Below are positions 42,168 to 55,631 of a stretch of 64,000 bases of DNA, one piece after another. A model generated the notes under the pieces. It worked only from the letters and a program-made list of their open reading frames with translations. It was not told the DNA's origin and ran no database searches. The DNA comes from Paragordius varius (lineage: Eukaryota; Animalia; Nematomorpha). Made by a program: the position numbers and the translations under genes. Location of the stretch: NCBI GenBank assembly GCA_964247055.1, contig OZ176055.1, positions 8,060,001 to 8,124,000 of the forward strand, written 5' to 3'. Each line of letters begins with the position of its first letter. The stretch's first letter is position 1.

Positions 42168-44193
42168 CAGTGGTACTCATAAAAAAAAATTTACCAAATA
42201 AAATATATTTTTTTTTCGAGGGCCATGAACCTTTTAATGGCAAATATTCCATAGATATTTGACACATATGCACATTTTAATACTCTAAATCAGCACAACG
42301 AATTTTTTGTGGATCGCATGTAAATCCTAAAACTCGTTTGGACCATTTAGTTTAAAAAATTAAAATATTTTTATAACAAACTTTATTTTGATATTAACCA
42401 ATAATTTTTGACAAATTTGGTTTCGCCTCATTACAAGCCAATCTTAATACATCATCCACAGGATCATCGGTTAAGCGACTTCTTTATGTATTCTTGGCAT
42501 ACTTCATTTTTAAATATGCCGTCTCACAAGTGTAAATTCATGAAAAACGGTTAGGATAACTTGAGCACATTTTTTTATATTTTCATAATTATTTGGCACA
42601 TCTTGTCAAAACTCTACAAATCTTTCTTCTCTACGATTCTCCGTGAATATAGCCTCCAAATTGGAAACATTTTTTAAATCTACGAATTCTTCAATGGTAT
42701 GGGCCTGGGCGAAACCGAAATGCTCAAGTTGTTAATATTGGATATGTCCATATGGCATGGAACGAGCTTTAAGCAATTTTTATTATTTCTTAATTCATGA
42801 AATTTGAATTTCCTCTCATTAGATAATAATAAATGATTGTCTATTATTAAATTGATCTCCGCGGTAAATTTCATATTTTCTTCATGAATCGTTTTAAGTG
42901 TTGGAAAATAAGTCTTCAAAAGCAAATATTTGAAGCAAATAGGGTTATTATTTTGCTACTTTGAAGACTTGTTGAAAAAACCCACCAGCTGTCACTATTA
43001 ATTTCCTCGTCAAACTTTCTGTTATCTTTTATAATAATAGAATTTCATGTGGTCATCTCTCAGCGGTGTACAAAAGAATATCAATAAACTCACTGTGGAT
43101 ATCTTTAAGGTTTTTAAATTTACGGCGGTTGAATTTTTGCCACGGATGTGGTTAACTACCGTCTTAATTATTGAATTGAGGGATTTATCTTTTACACGCG
43201 AAACGAAGTTTTGCTATGAATAAAGCAATGAAAGGATAAAATATTTTGCAAATTATATTTGTTTTTTAATCGAATAAATCCTTTGTTTATTCCAATCATA
43301 GAGGGACAGCCATCTGCGCAGATCGAAACTTTTTTCATAGATATACCATTATTATAGAAAAAAATGCTAATTATTCGTGTTATTAATCATTAAAATTTTA
43401 AATATTCATCGTTGAATATGTTGTTGCAAAAAAATCTCACGAAGAGCGCACATTAAGGTGTTGAACTACTATCAGTGCTAGAATCAATAGCAATACTAAA
43501 ATATTTGCAGTTTTTTAGAGCCAATAATATATTGTTAAAAATACATTTAGACATATCTTCAATGCGTCAAGCACATGTTGAATCAGAAAGTTGAAGTTTT
43601 TAATTTGCGTTATGATTTGATCTTTATTATGGAATTTAGACATTAAAAAGTGCAACAATTTATTAGACATTTTTTATTAGTTGGGAATTGGTAAACGGTT
43701 TCATATTTTTTCCTAAAATATAGCAAATTTCATACGATTTTCATCGGATAATTTACGTTTTTTAGCATTAGATGTCATCCTTTGAATTTATGTATAAATA
43801 TTATGTAATTTTTTTTCAAAAAAATAATAATTTTGAATTATGCTATAAAAAACACGTCGTAAAAAATGATGCAGGATAGCAATGAAAAGAATAAGGAAAT
43901 GCAAGTTTTGGTGAAAGGCTTCCTTAAATAAAAAAAAAGGAATTAAAAATTATAAAATATAAATGAAAATTGAATACAGAAACAATATGTGCCAAAATTT
44001 TCATATTATTTGAATATAGGGAATTTTACTACATTTTAAATTGTGTAATAATTATAAATTTACCAATATTAAAATAAGCGAAAATTTGTATTTTATATAT
44101 TCATTAATACAAATAATTTAGTATCAATATGGTCATAGGGCAATTTTAAAGCACTATTAGGGCCCCATGCGGCCCGCGGTTTGAGTACCACTG
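42168..44193 (-). mobile_element. hAT transposon, Buster/Charlie (GTF2IRD2-like) family, with decayed transposase
   Basis: Perfect 12-bp TIR CAGTGGTACTCA/TGAGTACCACTG and perfect 8-bp TSD GGCTAACG (42160-42167, 44194-44201) with central TA. Fragments ICADGCPSMIGINKGF, FHCFIH, TYTCETAYLKMKYAK...RSRLTDD. Confidence 0.9.
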
Positions 44194-44468
44194 GGCTAAC
44201 GTATAGTTAGTTTTGTTCAATCGTTTTGATCATCATGTGCATATCGAAATCCATTTATTACAGGATGTGCAATTATATTAAATTAATTTATAGACAAAGA
44301 AAGAAATTATGAATTGCTTCTTCTGTCATAAAAACCTTTGGTATTTATAATTTGTTTCATTCTAAAGTCGAATAATAATATACGATTTTTATTAATCCAT
44401 TTAACGAACATATAATATGGCTTTTAATATATTTCATAAGTGCAAAGTATTAAAATATATTTATTCTA

Positions 44469-46052
44469 TCAAAGATAATATATTAGCATGGTTCCTGCTA
44501 AAGCAAAGAAAAACCCAACTATCATAGGGGACTGAAAATGTATATATGTTTGCAAATATCCGGCCATTATGGGGCAAATCATTCGTGAAAAAGATGACAC
44601 ACTTTGAGAATAACCTATCAATTCACCCATGTTGATGTGATGACTATCAACCTGTGATTAAAAAATTAGATTCATATCCAAAATTTAAATTAGATATCTT
44701 TGCTTAACTTATCCTAAAATTTTACATTTTTTAAGGTGAATGTGATGTTAAATGTATCCAATAAGTTACGGCACCAGGAATTTGTAATACTATTTATCCA
44801 AATGCACAGGCATATAAATACTGCTAAATTTATAAATGTCCAGTCGTTATTAAAAGGTGCAGTTAGTATGATCCCAGTGATGAGCATTGAAACGGCGTAA
44901 AACATGCCACATATTTGATACAAAGTTTTGGTGGTCGAAATGTTAGAAAATAGATGGGTTTCGGACCTAAAATAAGCCATTAATTAGCCAAATTACATAT
45001 TTTTTAAATAATTAATATAATCCGTCCCTACTTTTTGAATCTTTGGAAATACAAAGTAAACAGTATTGCCAAAATGGAAGCAATAAACGAAGACATCGCT
45101 GTGCTAGATAAAATAAAGGCAATCCAATTTGAGTTAAATAACTTGGAATGTTCTAGATGTCTACATGCGTATACAACTATAAATCAAATAAAAACACCTG
45201 TACAGATCATGACGAAATATAAGAATAGCTGAAACCATAAAAAATCTCACCAACATAAGTTTTTGAAAACCTTGATTAAACCGCAAATGTTGATAAAAGT
45301 TATTTAAGTTAAACAGAGGTTTTATTGCAACCTTTTCTCGGTTTTTATGAGTCAATTTGTGATTATTATTTATTGGGATTGATTTGGACATCTGATATAC
45401 TATGCCTAAATATTATGTTAACAAATATTTACTGATATTCAGCAAATAACCGCATAAAACAAGGTATAAAATTTTGTCATATGAATCCATATACGAGGTT
45501 ATATAAGGGCTTATCACAAATCCAAGGTTAGAAATGCAATTTAAAATTCCTATTTGCTTTATAGATTCCTGACATAACAAAACAAATTACCATGGCAGTG
45601 ATTTGATTAAGCGAAATAATAGTTTTGAATATTGTTCTAGTATGCTTAAAACAACCTACATATAATATTAATTGGATTAGAAAAGCGATTTTAATTTGAT
45701 GTAACTACCTGCAATAAACCGAGACAAAATTAAAATATAGATATTATCCTGTAACAAAAGTGCATAAGATACAAATGAGCCAAAAATACACAACCCTAGA
45801 AGTAAATAAGGGTTGGTCTGACTATAATGACCCTAAACATTAACCTTTCATACAATTAAAGGGGATAAAATTATTTGTAAAACACTGTACAATGCCCACA
45901 AATAGCCAATTCCAACATTTGATATGCCTTTATCGCTCAATAATTTATTTAAATACGGAACTATCAAACCGATATTTATATGATCCTATAGAATATTTAA
46001 AATTAAATACAATAAAGATTATCGGGTAAAAAAAGGTCTGGCAATTTCGCAT
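44469..46052 (-). CDS. MFSD9: Major facilitator superfamily transporter, MFSD9-like, 419 aa, 9 exons
   Basis: Exons: 46011-46052, 45854-45985, 45709-45832, 45591-45655, 45433-45568, 45198-45405, 45032-45160, 44726-44966, 44469-44651 (1260 nt). Segments colinear with MFSD9 as I recall it: LSRFIAGCFKHT, IGILNCISNLGFVISP, LMLVRFFM, GELIGYSQSVSSFSRMICPIMAGYLQ. The MFS call is firm; the ortholog name is less so. Confidence 0.8.
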
Positions 46053-46339
46053 ATGCAATATATGAAAATATGCAGATCAGCATAGGTTAACAAAATAACT
46101 AATATATAAAACACAAAAATTGGTTTCACATTATTTCTTAAGGATTTCTTTTTGTAACAGAATATTTTATTATAGTTGTTAAAAGATAAAATTTTAAAAA
46201 TTGTGATCTGCGCCTTAGGCTTTTAAAAAAATTTAATTGTCCTTTTTTACATAAAACAAAATTTGTTAGCAAACGAGCCTTATATTAAAAGTGTGTAACT
46301 GTTCAGTAGTTTTGTCTTATAGAAAATGTGCTATTAAAA

Positions 46340-47640
46340 CATTAACGTTTTTAAACTGTTTCCACGGCTCAAAACAGTATGAAGTACGCTTCAACAAAAT
46401 TTACTATTTAAATTTTAAAAAAAGTATGGAGTTAAAATTATTTTTGGCTGATACCAAAATTTAGCTTATGTTTAACCCTTATTGCGGCAATATCGAAATT
46501 TTTGCGCTTGTTTACAGAAAATAAGCTCTTAGAAAGAGTAAAAAAATTTGCGAATTTCGGGGCTTACATAAAAAATTAGGGTTTTTTTTAAAAAATATTT
46601 TTTCTTTTTATAGGTAGTTAATTATATATTTTGGTGATATGTTAGAATGTAGAATTTAGTTAAATACATTTTGTTTAAGAAAATGTGCGCAAATATTTCC
46701 ATTTATTAAACTTTTACCACAAAAGTGTAAATAACTTTCTTAAATCGCTTGTAACAGCCACAACAAGGAACATTGATAATTCTGATACATTTTCCTATGA
46801 GAAAACATATATTTAAGGAGATTTTTATACCCCACAATTTTGGACACAGTATTATGCTCTTAAAAGACTAAAGAAAGCATAATCGGCCATTAATTTAAAT
46901 ATTTAAGATATATTCAAGTTTCAATTTGCTCTAAGATATAATATACTTACAAGGTCAAGAAACGTTAATGGCAAAATGCTGTTGAAACATACCCCATACT
47001 ATTCTGAGGTGTACTGGAAACGGTATAAAATAACTTTACATAGATAATGCTTATTTCTATCACCTCAGAATTTTAAATTTTAGTTCCTCTTCTAATTTAA
47101 GTTAAATATAAATTAGTTTTATGAATTCCACCAAAACTTTGTAAATTAAGATTATGAAGGGATAGAAATATTCAGCATCGTAAAAAAGATATTATGATTA
47201 GAAAGCGTTTACCGTTTCCATCATGCCTAATATAAAGTACGCTTCAACAAAATTTTGCTAAAAAATAATTTTCATAAAAAGTATGCATTTTTTTAAGATT
47301 ATTTTTTATTTTAACATATTTTTTAATGCGCAATCTCTGCATTTTTGCTTTTATTTTAAGAAATAGCCCAAGGCAAAAAAATCGGACTTTTCGAACACAA
47401 CTAAATATTTTATAAAAACATTGTTTTGCTTTTGTATATGTATATCATATATTTTAAAGATTTACCACAAAAACATATTTAAAATAATATGCGCGAATTT
47501 GTTATTTTCCGACATGGAGCAGTTACTGAAAAAGTAGAATAGCTTTCTGAGATCTTGTAAAGGCCAAAAACACAAGCACCATGATAATCTTGATACATTT
47601 TCCTATCAGACTCATGATTTTATTTTTGTAGTAAGTGTGT
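46340..47640. repeat. Unclassified dispersed repeat with ~0.8-kb internal duplication; related block at ~57800-58400
   Basis: AAGTACGCTTCAACAAAATTT at ~46382 and ~47235; CCACAA(A/G)AGTGTAAATAACTTT at ~46717 and ~58308; GATACATTTT(C/T)CTAT at ~46785, ~47593 and ~58368. Confidence 0.6.
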
Positions 47641-47642
47641 AA

Positions 47643-49255
47643 TCTATATAATTATAAAAATGGAGAGTTATGGCTCTGTGATCCTTCGGTAAACCGGTAG
47701 ACCCATTCAAATCCAAATATCGAAAAATATAATCATTAATGAATGCCCCGACAATAGCTTCGCCTTTTTTCGAATTAGGTTTCCAGTTCGGGCCCGCCCC
47801 GTGTAAAAAACGGTTTTTCTGAAAACAGAAGTACACACAAATGTGTCTTTGAGATGATTTTCCCCAAAAAGTGTTGGACCATTTGATTTCAAATATGATT
47901 TTTTTTACTTATATCGATTGCGCCGAACATATTGGGCTCGCTTTTTTAATTTAGGCCCACTATTTACCCGCTCCTCGCATAAAATGCCATTTTTTCAAAA
48001 AAATTATGGCCACAAAATAATTTTTTGAATCTATTTTTCGCCCAAAGTATGACCGTAAAAATTCAAAAGAATCCAGATATTCCCTATTGAAAGGCAGCTC
48101 TTTGATGATAGCTGCTAAGTAAGGAAATACTCGCTAAAAACTGACCCGTCATATCAAAATAACGCTCCTTTGGGGCTAGATTTCAGAAAACCTATCAGGC
48201 CATATGAGTGTAATAGCTGCTTAAAATATTAACCGTAACAAGGCAAAAATTTAAGTGGTGCGGTTTTTTAAATTTAGCCGTTAATTAGGCCCTTCACGCC
48301 CTGAAAAATGCGCCACCATAAAATGATTTTTAATTTTGAGGCAATTTTTCCAAAAACTAATGAGAGCATATCGAATCAATCATGATTCCAGGTATTCTCC
48401 GTAAAAAGGCAAAAATTTAAATCAAGCGCTTTTTTGTATCAGCGTCTGGGTAGGGAGGTACCCGCCTAAAACTGCCCAACCATATCAAAATTGCGTGTTT
48501 ACTAGTTAATTTTCAGAAAACTTATCAGGCCACATAAGCTTTATAAGGGCCTGAAATAATACCCATAAAAAGGCATAATTTAAGTCGAACGGTTTTTTTT
48601 AATTAGCGGTTAAATAGGCCCTTTACACCCTAAAAAATGCGCTATCATTGAACTATTATTTAGTTTTAAAGCCATTCTTCCATAAACTATTTATAACATA
48701 TGGAATGAATGATGATTCCAGGTATTCCAGTATAAGGGCAAAAAATATTATCGACCGTCTTTTTTATATTGGCCTCAGGGTAGGGGCTACCCGTCAACAA
48801 CTCTATCACTATATCGATACAGCATGCCTTTGGAGCCAAATTTCAAAATACTTATGAGACTATGTGAGTTCAATAAGGGCCTTAAATATTATTTACCCCT
48901 TAAAAAAACAAATATTTTAGTGTAGGAGGTTAGTTCAATGAGTCGCTAAGAAAAGTTTTACGCCCTGAAAAATTCGCCACCATAGAAATTTATTTCTAAA
49001 CAATATTTCCAAGACTTATCGGAACATATGGACAGGATAATTCCAATATTCCGTATAAGACAAAAATTTTGCCCGACGCTCTTTTATACCTGCCTCTGGG
49101 TAAGAAGCTACCCGCCAAAAACTGCGCTACTATATAGAAATTGCGTTGTTTTGGAACTAATTTAAAGAAAACTTATGCCATATGAGCTCATTTAAAGTTC
49201 GAAATATTATCCGGAATAGATAAAAATTAAGGTCAGGTCTTTTTTTATTAGCCAT
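47643..49255 (+). mobile_element. Non-autonomous Helitron, copy 2 (3'-truncated)
   Basis: 5' A|TCTATATAATTATAAAAATGG, and the first ~450 bp closely match copy 1. Longer repeat array; no hairpin or CTAG end. Confidence 0.85.
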
Positions 49256-49319
49256 CCGCAAATACAATAATTACCTGTTTCACTCATATCAAAAAATTTA
49301 GAGACAAACAAAAAGTGTA

Positions 49320-50265
49320 CATTAACAAACACTAAATAAAATTTTTTCGAGTTTCTTCATTTTCTTATTTAACAGTAAATTATAATTCCACCAAAGAATT
49401 TTTAGTAAATTGATTTTTTTATGATTACAATGTTTTTCTTTGTAAATAAACAACAAATGCCCTATTATAATATATCATTCGAAAGAGTAATTAAAATTCT
49501 TTGAAGAGCTTATATTTATGTTTTTCATCGATAGTTAATAAGGAAGCGATAAACCCACGAAACGATAGGGTTTTTTCTAATTAATATATTTTAAAAAATA
49601 ATGGATAAAAATAGCTCAAACTTTGTGTGGATGACAATGAATGTCTACAAAATATAACACAAAATTTTTTTTGATTAAAACTCTTATTTATTGCTTTTAT
49701 GCCATTCAAAACAGCCATTTTTATTTTTTTAAAAAACAATTAACCTATATTCATTATTATCTTTTGAAGGCTTATAATCTTTAAATTTTAACGACTAGTA
49801 ATATAGTATAAGGTACTCTTGATTTTTTATAACCACCATGTAATAAATTTACAGTTATAACTATGCATTTTAGTTTGCTTTAAGAAAAATAATTACGCTA
49901 ATGATAAATTTAATTGAAAAAGCTAACCAGATTTTTTTTACTAATGTAAACCAAATATATATTAATAATAAATGATTTTTAAATTAGTATGTCTGGAAAA
50001 TTTTGACCATATAAACACAAATAACTTTAACATTTTAAATAACTAATTACCATTCGAAAGCTTCAGTCTTTTGCACTATTTTAATAATATAAAATACATG
50101 GCTCTATATCTAAAACTTTAAATTTCGAAAATTTCAAGTCTAATGTTAATTCGGGGCCAGGTGTTGAACCATTTTTTTTCAGATATATTATTTATGTACT
50201 TTAATGAAATAAATTTTAAATTTACAAGAATGGCACTTAAAAAAGTCAAAATTTGTTGCCTAGTG
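49320..50265. mobile_element. Second copy of the 18673-19750 element
   Basis: Shared internal blocks (TATAATTCCACC, GAAAGAGTAAT, CATCGATAGTTAAT, AAAAATAGCTC, CATGGCTCTATATCTAAAACT) and the right end GTTGCCTAGTG|TA. Confidence 0.7.
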
Positions 50266-50320
50266 TAATCTAAAATTAACATAGATGAAATGGTACAAAA
50301 TTTATTATATTCATAAATAA

Positions 50321-50632
50321 TTACATTTTGAAATTAAAATAGGATTGGTCAAAATAATTAATCTTGATGATACCATCTTCACCACCAGTACTAAAACTAA
50401 AATTTATATAAAAAATTGTTAAATATATTAATGATAAAAATTCAAAGTTTTGCATTTATAATACGAAATTAATATCTAACGAAATTGGAATAAATTTAAT
50501 AACATAAAAATGTCTGACTAAAAAACATTTGGCTAAAATTAACAATGTAAGTTACAACAAATATTTAAAAGCGCAACATATACGATTTGTTGTCAATGTA
50601 AAAAGAGCAATTTTCTAGCAAATAAATTTTAT

Positions 50633-50697
<65 letters not shown>

Positions 50698-53266
50698 CTT
50701 TACCTCAAATTATCATATCAATGTATATAATAAAAAACTAGCCCTTTAAACAACTTTATTATAATGAACAAAACTATGGACATTGCAAAAAAACTCATAA
50801 AAATGTAAAACTCATACAAAGATTTATATATATACAGTAAAATCAAAAATAAATAGTAAAAATACCTTTTTTATACATATCTTAAGAAAATTTCTCAATA
50901 GAAAAACAGACATTTTCGAAATAATACTTTCATATTCTTTCACCACTACATAATTTTTTCTCTCATGTAATATAATGTCTCTAAACCACTTATTTTTAGC
51001 ATTTATAAATTCCTTTTTTTTGCTCATTTTTATTTTAAAATTTTTCCTTCCTACCTTTTCCCATCCGGATGAAAAACAAGCGAATTGATTGGGCCAAAAT
51101 GGCCAGGGACCCGGGCAAATTCCTCCTCGTATACTAAATGGTAAAAACGGCTTTCAAAACCACCTTTATCTCCACTGCGTGTAACTTGACGCACATCTTC
51201 ACCACCTCCCAAAGCAACCTTTTAGTAAATAATTGATTAGTTTTCACGTATAATAATTCAAAATTATATAAAGGTAAAACAAAATAGAGAAAAGACAGAC
51301 TATTAGTATATTGGTAGGAAAAAAACAATATTGTATATTAACTTTGTTAATTTTCTAAAACGATGTAGGATAAAAATAAAAGGTTTCAAAAATTTAGGTT
51401 TATCCATAAAACACATTTTAATCTATATGTATTTTATCTTTACGAAATTAATGCAGTAAACTATACATATAAAGAAAAATTAAAAAAATACGATTGTGTA
51501 AAAGAAAAGGAGAAAAAACTTTTATAATCCATTATATATTATATTTAAAAATAAATTTTATACTATTTCAAATATTTATGATTTTATAAAGATATAATTT
51601 CACTAAAATTTAAAAAAATTAACTTTATAATATTATATTTTTACATGTTGATATATGGGTGAAATGGAGGCCGAATTGATTTTACGACTGGCTTTGTACG
51701 TTTTCATACATTGTAGAGTATCGAAATCATACAACTATATATGTAAGATGATATTGTAATGGTAATGAACGGATTGGTTATGTTTTGTAGTAACAGTTGT
51801 TAAAATCCGTAATATAATGATAAAGGATAATTAAATAGAATTAAATGAAATTATAAATAGAAATTATAAAAGATATGTGAAACCCTCCGTCAATAGTAAT
51901 CGCAGACTAGTTTCGTGCTTGTTAGCACTAATCAGTACGACACAACTATTTGACTTGGGATTTCACATATCGATTTCGTATATATATCCAACTTTGCAAT
52001 TTTGGTATAAATATATATGCAAGAGATAAAATATTGTTATTTGATAGTTAATAAAATGTATTTTTATAAAATTATAAATAAAAATACATAGTTTTTTTTT
52101 AAAATAGATGGAAAATGAATATATTTTAATAAAATTTAATAATCCGATAATTTTGTTATAAAATATAATTTAAAATTTAATTACCTTAGCGGTAAAATCA
52201 GAAGAAGCCGTAACAAAATAAATTTGATCTGCGGATGCTTGAATATCGTTAATCTCTTGTTTGTGTTCAGAGGCAAAATTGATGCATAATTCGTTCTATT
52301 TTTTTTTAAAAAAATTAGAAAGATGTATTTAGAAGAAAAAAATGATAGACTATCATGTAATCCAAAACTGGAAAACTGGCATGGATTTTTATTTTATCGC
52401 GCATTTCAAACCCTTTTTTCAAAATTTATCGTCATTTTTTGAAAATAATATATGTAAAGTTTTATGAGCAGAGTAAAAAATTGTATTTTTGATTTTTTTA
52501 CGATTACTTAAAACAGCAAACAATTAATATAAAGGAAAGTATATTCAAGATTTAGAGTTTATATTTAAGGTCCTCCCAAATAAAGAATGCTTTTCAATTA
52601 AAGTTATTACATTAATATAAAATTGTACTTTTAAATCCCATTGATTAATGCTACCATCGGAATGGGTAGTTATTATATATTCATCCAAAGGACCCCAAAG
52701 TGCATTCGTAACGTTCGGTTTCCCTGTCATATCAAAACTCGTTTGAGAATCTAACGAATCTTTTTTTCCAAATTCATTCAAGTTAATTACGTAGACTTGG
52801 GATGGTCGGTCTTTTTGTTGTTGAGTCGTCAATAACAAACGACTACCATCTAAATTAAAATTGACGGAACGCACAGTTGATTGAAAATCCATTTTAGATA
52901 TTGCTTTGCCTACATACATATTTTTATAGTATTATTCAAATGATTGTTTTATTTGGAGATGTCAAAATAATGATATGACTAAAAACCTAATTCAGCATCC
53001 CATAAAATAGATGTTTTGTCAGCCGAACCAGTAATAATTTGAGTGGTGTCCCATTTAACATCAAAACCGTAGACAGCTCCATTATGACCATTGTATGTTC
53101 CTAATCTTTCGCCATTCAAAGAAAACCAAACACATGGAAAAGTATCCTTAGCGATTGAAAACAATAAATCACCTTCCAAATTGTATTTAATTTTAGTTAT
53201 AGGTTTTTCATGACCGTGACAATTAATAGTTTTCTAATGGAAATTAAATCAAATTTTGCATACCAT
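50321..53266 (-). CDS. EIF3I: Eukaryotic translation initiation factor 3 subunit I (WD40), 323 aa, 7 exons
   Basis: Exons: 53264-53266 (ATG only), 52987-53233, 52629-52909, 52185-52295, 51645-51734, 51055-51218, 50321-50396 (972 nt). Motifs: [79 protein letters not shown]. Confidence 0.96.
50638..50696. repeat. (TA)n microsatellite, ~29 units; shorter ones at ~72-105, ~31707-31740 and ~37596-37620
   Basis: Directly visible. Confidence 0.95.
51872..51971 (-). ncRNA. Candidate structured intronic RNA (100-nt hairpin in eIF3i intron 4)
   Basis: The sense-strand arms pair over ~38 bp, including G-U pairs that work only on the transcribed strand. Confidence 0.35.
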
Positions 53267-53378
53267 GCTTACTGGGATAGAAAGCCTCACCGAAAAAAAT
53301 TAAAATAATGGTATAAATAAAATTTATTTTATTACACTACCAATAAATATTTATACAAAAGAATTTATTAAATGATAA

Positions 53379-54076
53379 TTATTTTTTTGGTGCATCCGGT
53401 TGATTGTCTGGATGGGCACGAATAAAACATTCAAGTTCATTTAAATTCTTAGATATTCTTAATATGATGGGAAAATTATTCATGTCCACTTCAAAACTAT
53501 AATAATTTAGACATCAAATATACCGTATTGCATTGTAAACTTGGGGAACTAATACACAATCTGCTAAGGTTACCTGATCCTCGAAGCAAAACTTTTTAGA
53601 TGTTTTGGCCAACATTTTTTCCAGTGCTAAAGTAAAATCGGAAAATACCTGTAAAACCCATTTCGATCCAATATTTAGCCCATTCCGGCTTATTAACATA
53701 CTTAAGAACGCGTAAATTTTGAATTGGTTGTATATCACATGCAATAACATCCATAATTGCTCGAACTTGAGCTTTCGAATTGATATCGCTCGGAAACATA
53801 GGAGGTTTCGGATATTTTTCTTCCAAATACTCAAGGATGGCCAACGATTGGTTGAGAACAAAATCACCCATTTGTAATACGGGAACCATACCCTCCGGGT
53901 TTAATTTCTGATAAACCGGTTGATACTAAACTATATACTAAAATAAAAACTTGTTCACCGCCTTCTTTAATTAAATTTATGGGAATATATTCATATTCTA
54001 TACCCTTATATTCAAGGGCACATCGGACTCTATAAGAACAAGAGCTGCGAAAATATGAATAAAGTTTAGGCAACAT
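53379..54076 (-). CDS. GSTZ1: Glutathione S-transferase zeta / maleylacetoacetate isomerase, 207 aa, 4 exons
   Basis: Exons: 53951-54076, 53649-53925, 53524-53626, 53379-53496 (624 nt). Zeta motif [14 protein letters not shown], plus [57 protein letters not shown]. Confidence 0.96.
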
Positions 54077-55317
54077 CAATCAAACGTAATTATATGTCTC
54101 AGATGGTATTGACCACATGAACTTTTTATAAAAAGCGTTTGTTTTCTTAGCCAATAAAGAGATATCGTGTTTTGCTGTGCTATAATTTTGTATGAAAATA
54201 AATAAATAAGGGGGATAATAAAAAGTTTGATTATTTATACAATCAAAAAATAAATAATGTCCAAAATTTTGGACAATTTGGCCAAAATAATAAGTGGCAA
54301 TATGATATGATGTACTTATGATCCCATAAACTGATCATTCTTCAGACAGGTACTTAAAAAATATCTAATATACGCTTTATAAGTGAGAATATCTGTTTTA
54401 CTTTAATTAAAGATTTATTTTGTCAGTACAAAAGGTTAAAATATGTATTTGATTAATCTACACTACATAACTATGTTAATTACCCATTATCTTTATCATT
54501 GGTTTATGATTTACCATATTAGTTTGGTTTTAGCGATGGCACATAAAACAATAAATAGATTTTAAGGCGATGTTGTAAATAGTCGATATTAGATAAATAT
54601 TTTTTGGTGAGGTCAAAGCAGTAGGAATATCGATAAGTAAAGCAGTCGTATCAAAAAATTTTCCAAACCGAATAAGATTTTTTTAGCATCCTTTACCACA
54701 TATTATAAAAATATATTGCCTGTTAATACTTACATCTGTGGAACAATATTAACATTAAAAACCTTAGGGTTCGTTATGCAGAAAATTTTAATTGCAACAA
54801 ACACTCTTCACAAATGTTTTTTTGATAATATTTATCGTAGATTATGGATAATTTTAAATGATAATTAAAATCGAATTCGTTTGATACTGTACTGTGTATA
54901 AATATTTTTTAAATAACAAAATATCTAAAAAAATCCCGATAGTTGATTCTGAAAATGAGTTAATATTAGATCCAATCATGGCCCATGTATTTTATTTGTG
55001 CAAAATTATAGTGTATATGTATATAAAGGATCAACAATATATTCTAAAATTTTTATTCCCGCTGCAGATAGTATAATGGTTTCATTAAATAAAGCTGTTC
55101 AAATTTCATTTCAAATTTTATAATCTTTATTCTAAAATACATTATTTTCATATAAATATGAATTAAAGTTCTTAGGGCTGGATCTGATTAGCGTATCATT
55201 CTTGGATCGACTTTAATTCAATATAAAACAATGGTAAAAAATTTAATTTTGACTTAAAAATGTAAAATTTTTAAATTTAATATAAAAAAATATTTTTTCC
55301 ATAATATATTCAAACTA

Positions 55318-55631
55318 TATCATTTACAATTCAAATTCACCCTCTGACAATTTAAATTTACCCTTGAACAATTCCAATTCACCCTAAAAATAAATTATGT
55401 GTTTTTGGGCTAATGTAACTCACCATTAATAAATATATTCTTTTGGCATAGTTTATTATTTTTTCAGTATTATAAATTTTAAACGAAATTTCATTTTAAA
55501 ATTATAAAAAAAAATTTAGTCTTGAAAAACACAATTTATTTTAGGGTGAATTTGAATTCTTCTAGGATGAATTTGAATTGTTTAAGGGTGAATTTAAATT
55601 TTTTAAGGGTGAATTTGAACTGTAAATGGTA
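55318..55631. mobile_element. MITE family A
   Basis: Same TIRs and core; intergenic. Confidence 0.85.

Noticed and set aside
51900-51945. SECIS interpretation of the intronic hairpin
   Set aside because: It is intronic, lacks the paired GA quartet and an ~11-bp helix II, and no in-frame UGA needs recoding.
54520-55080. Short open frames upstream of GSTZ1 (including ORF 54894-55076)
   Set aside because: No recognisable homology or consistent exon chain.
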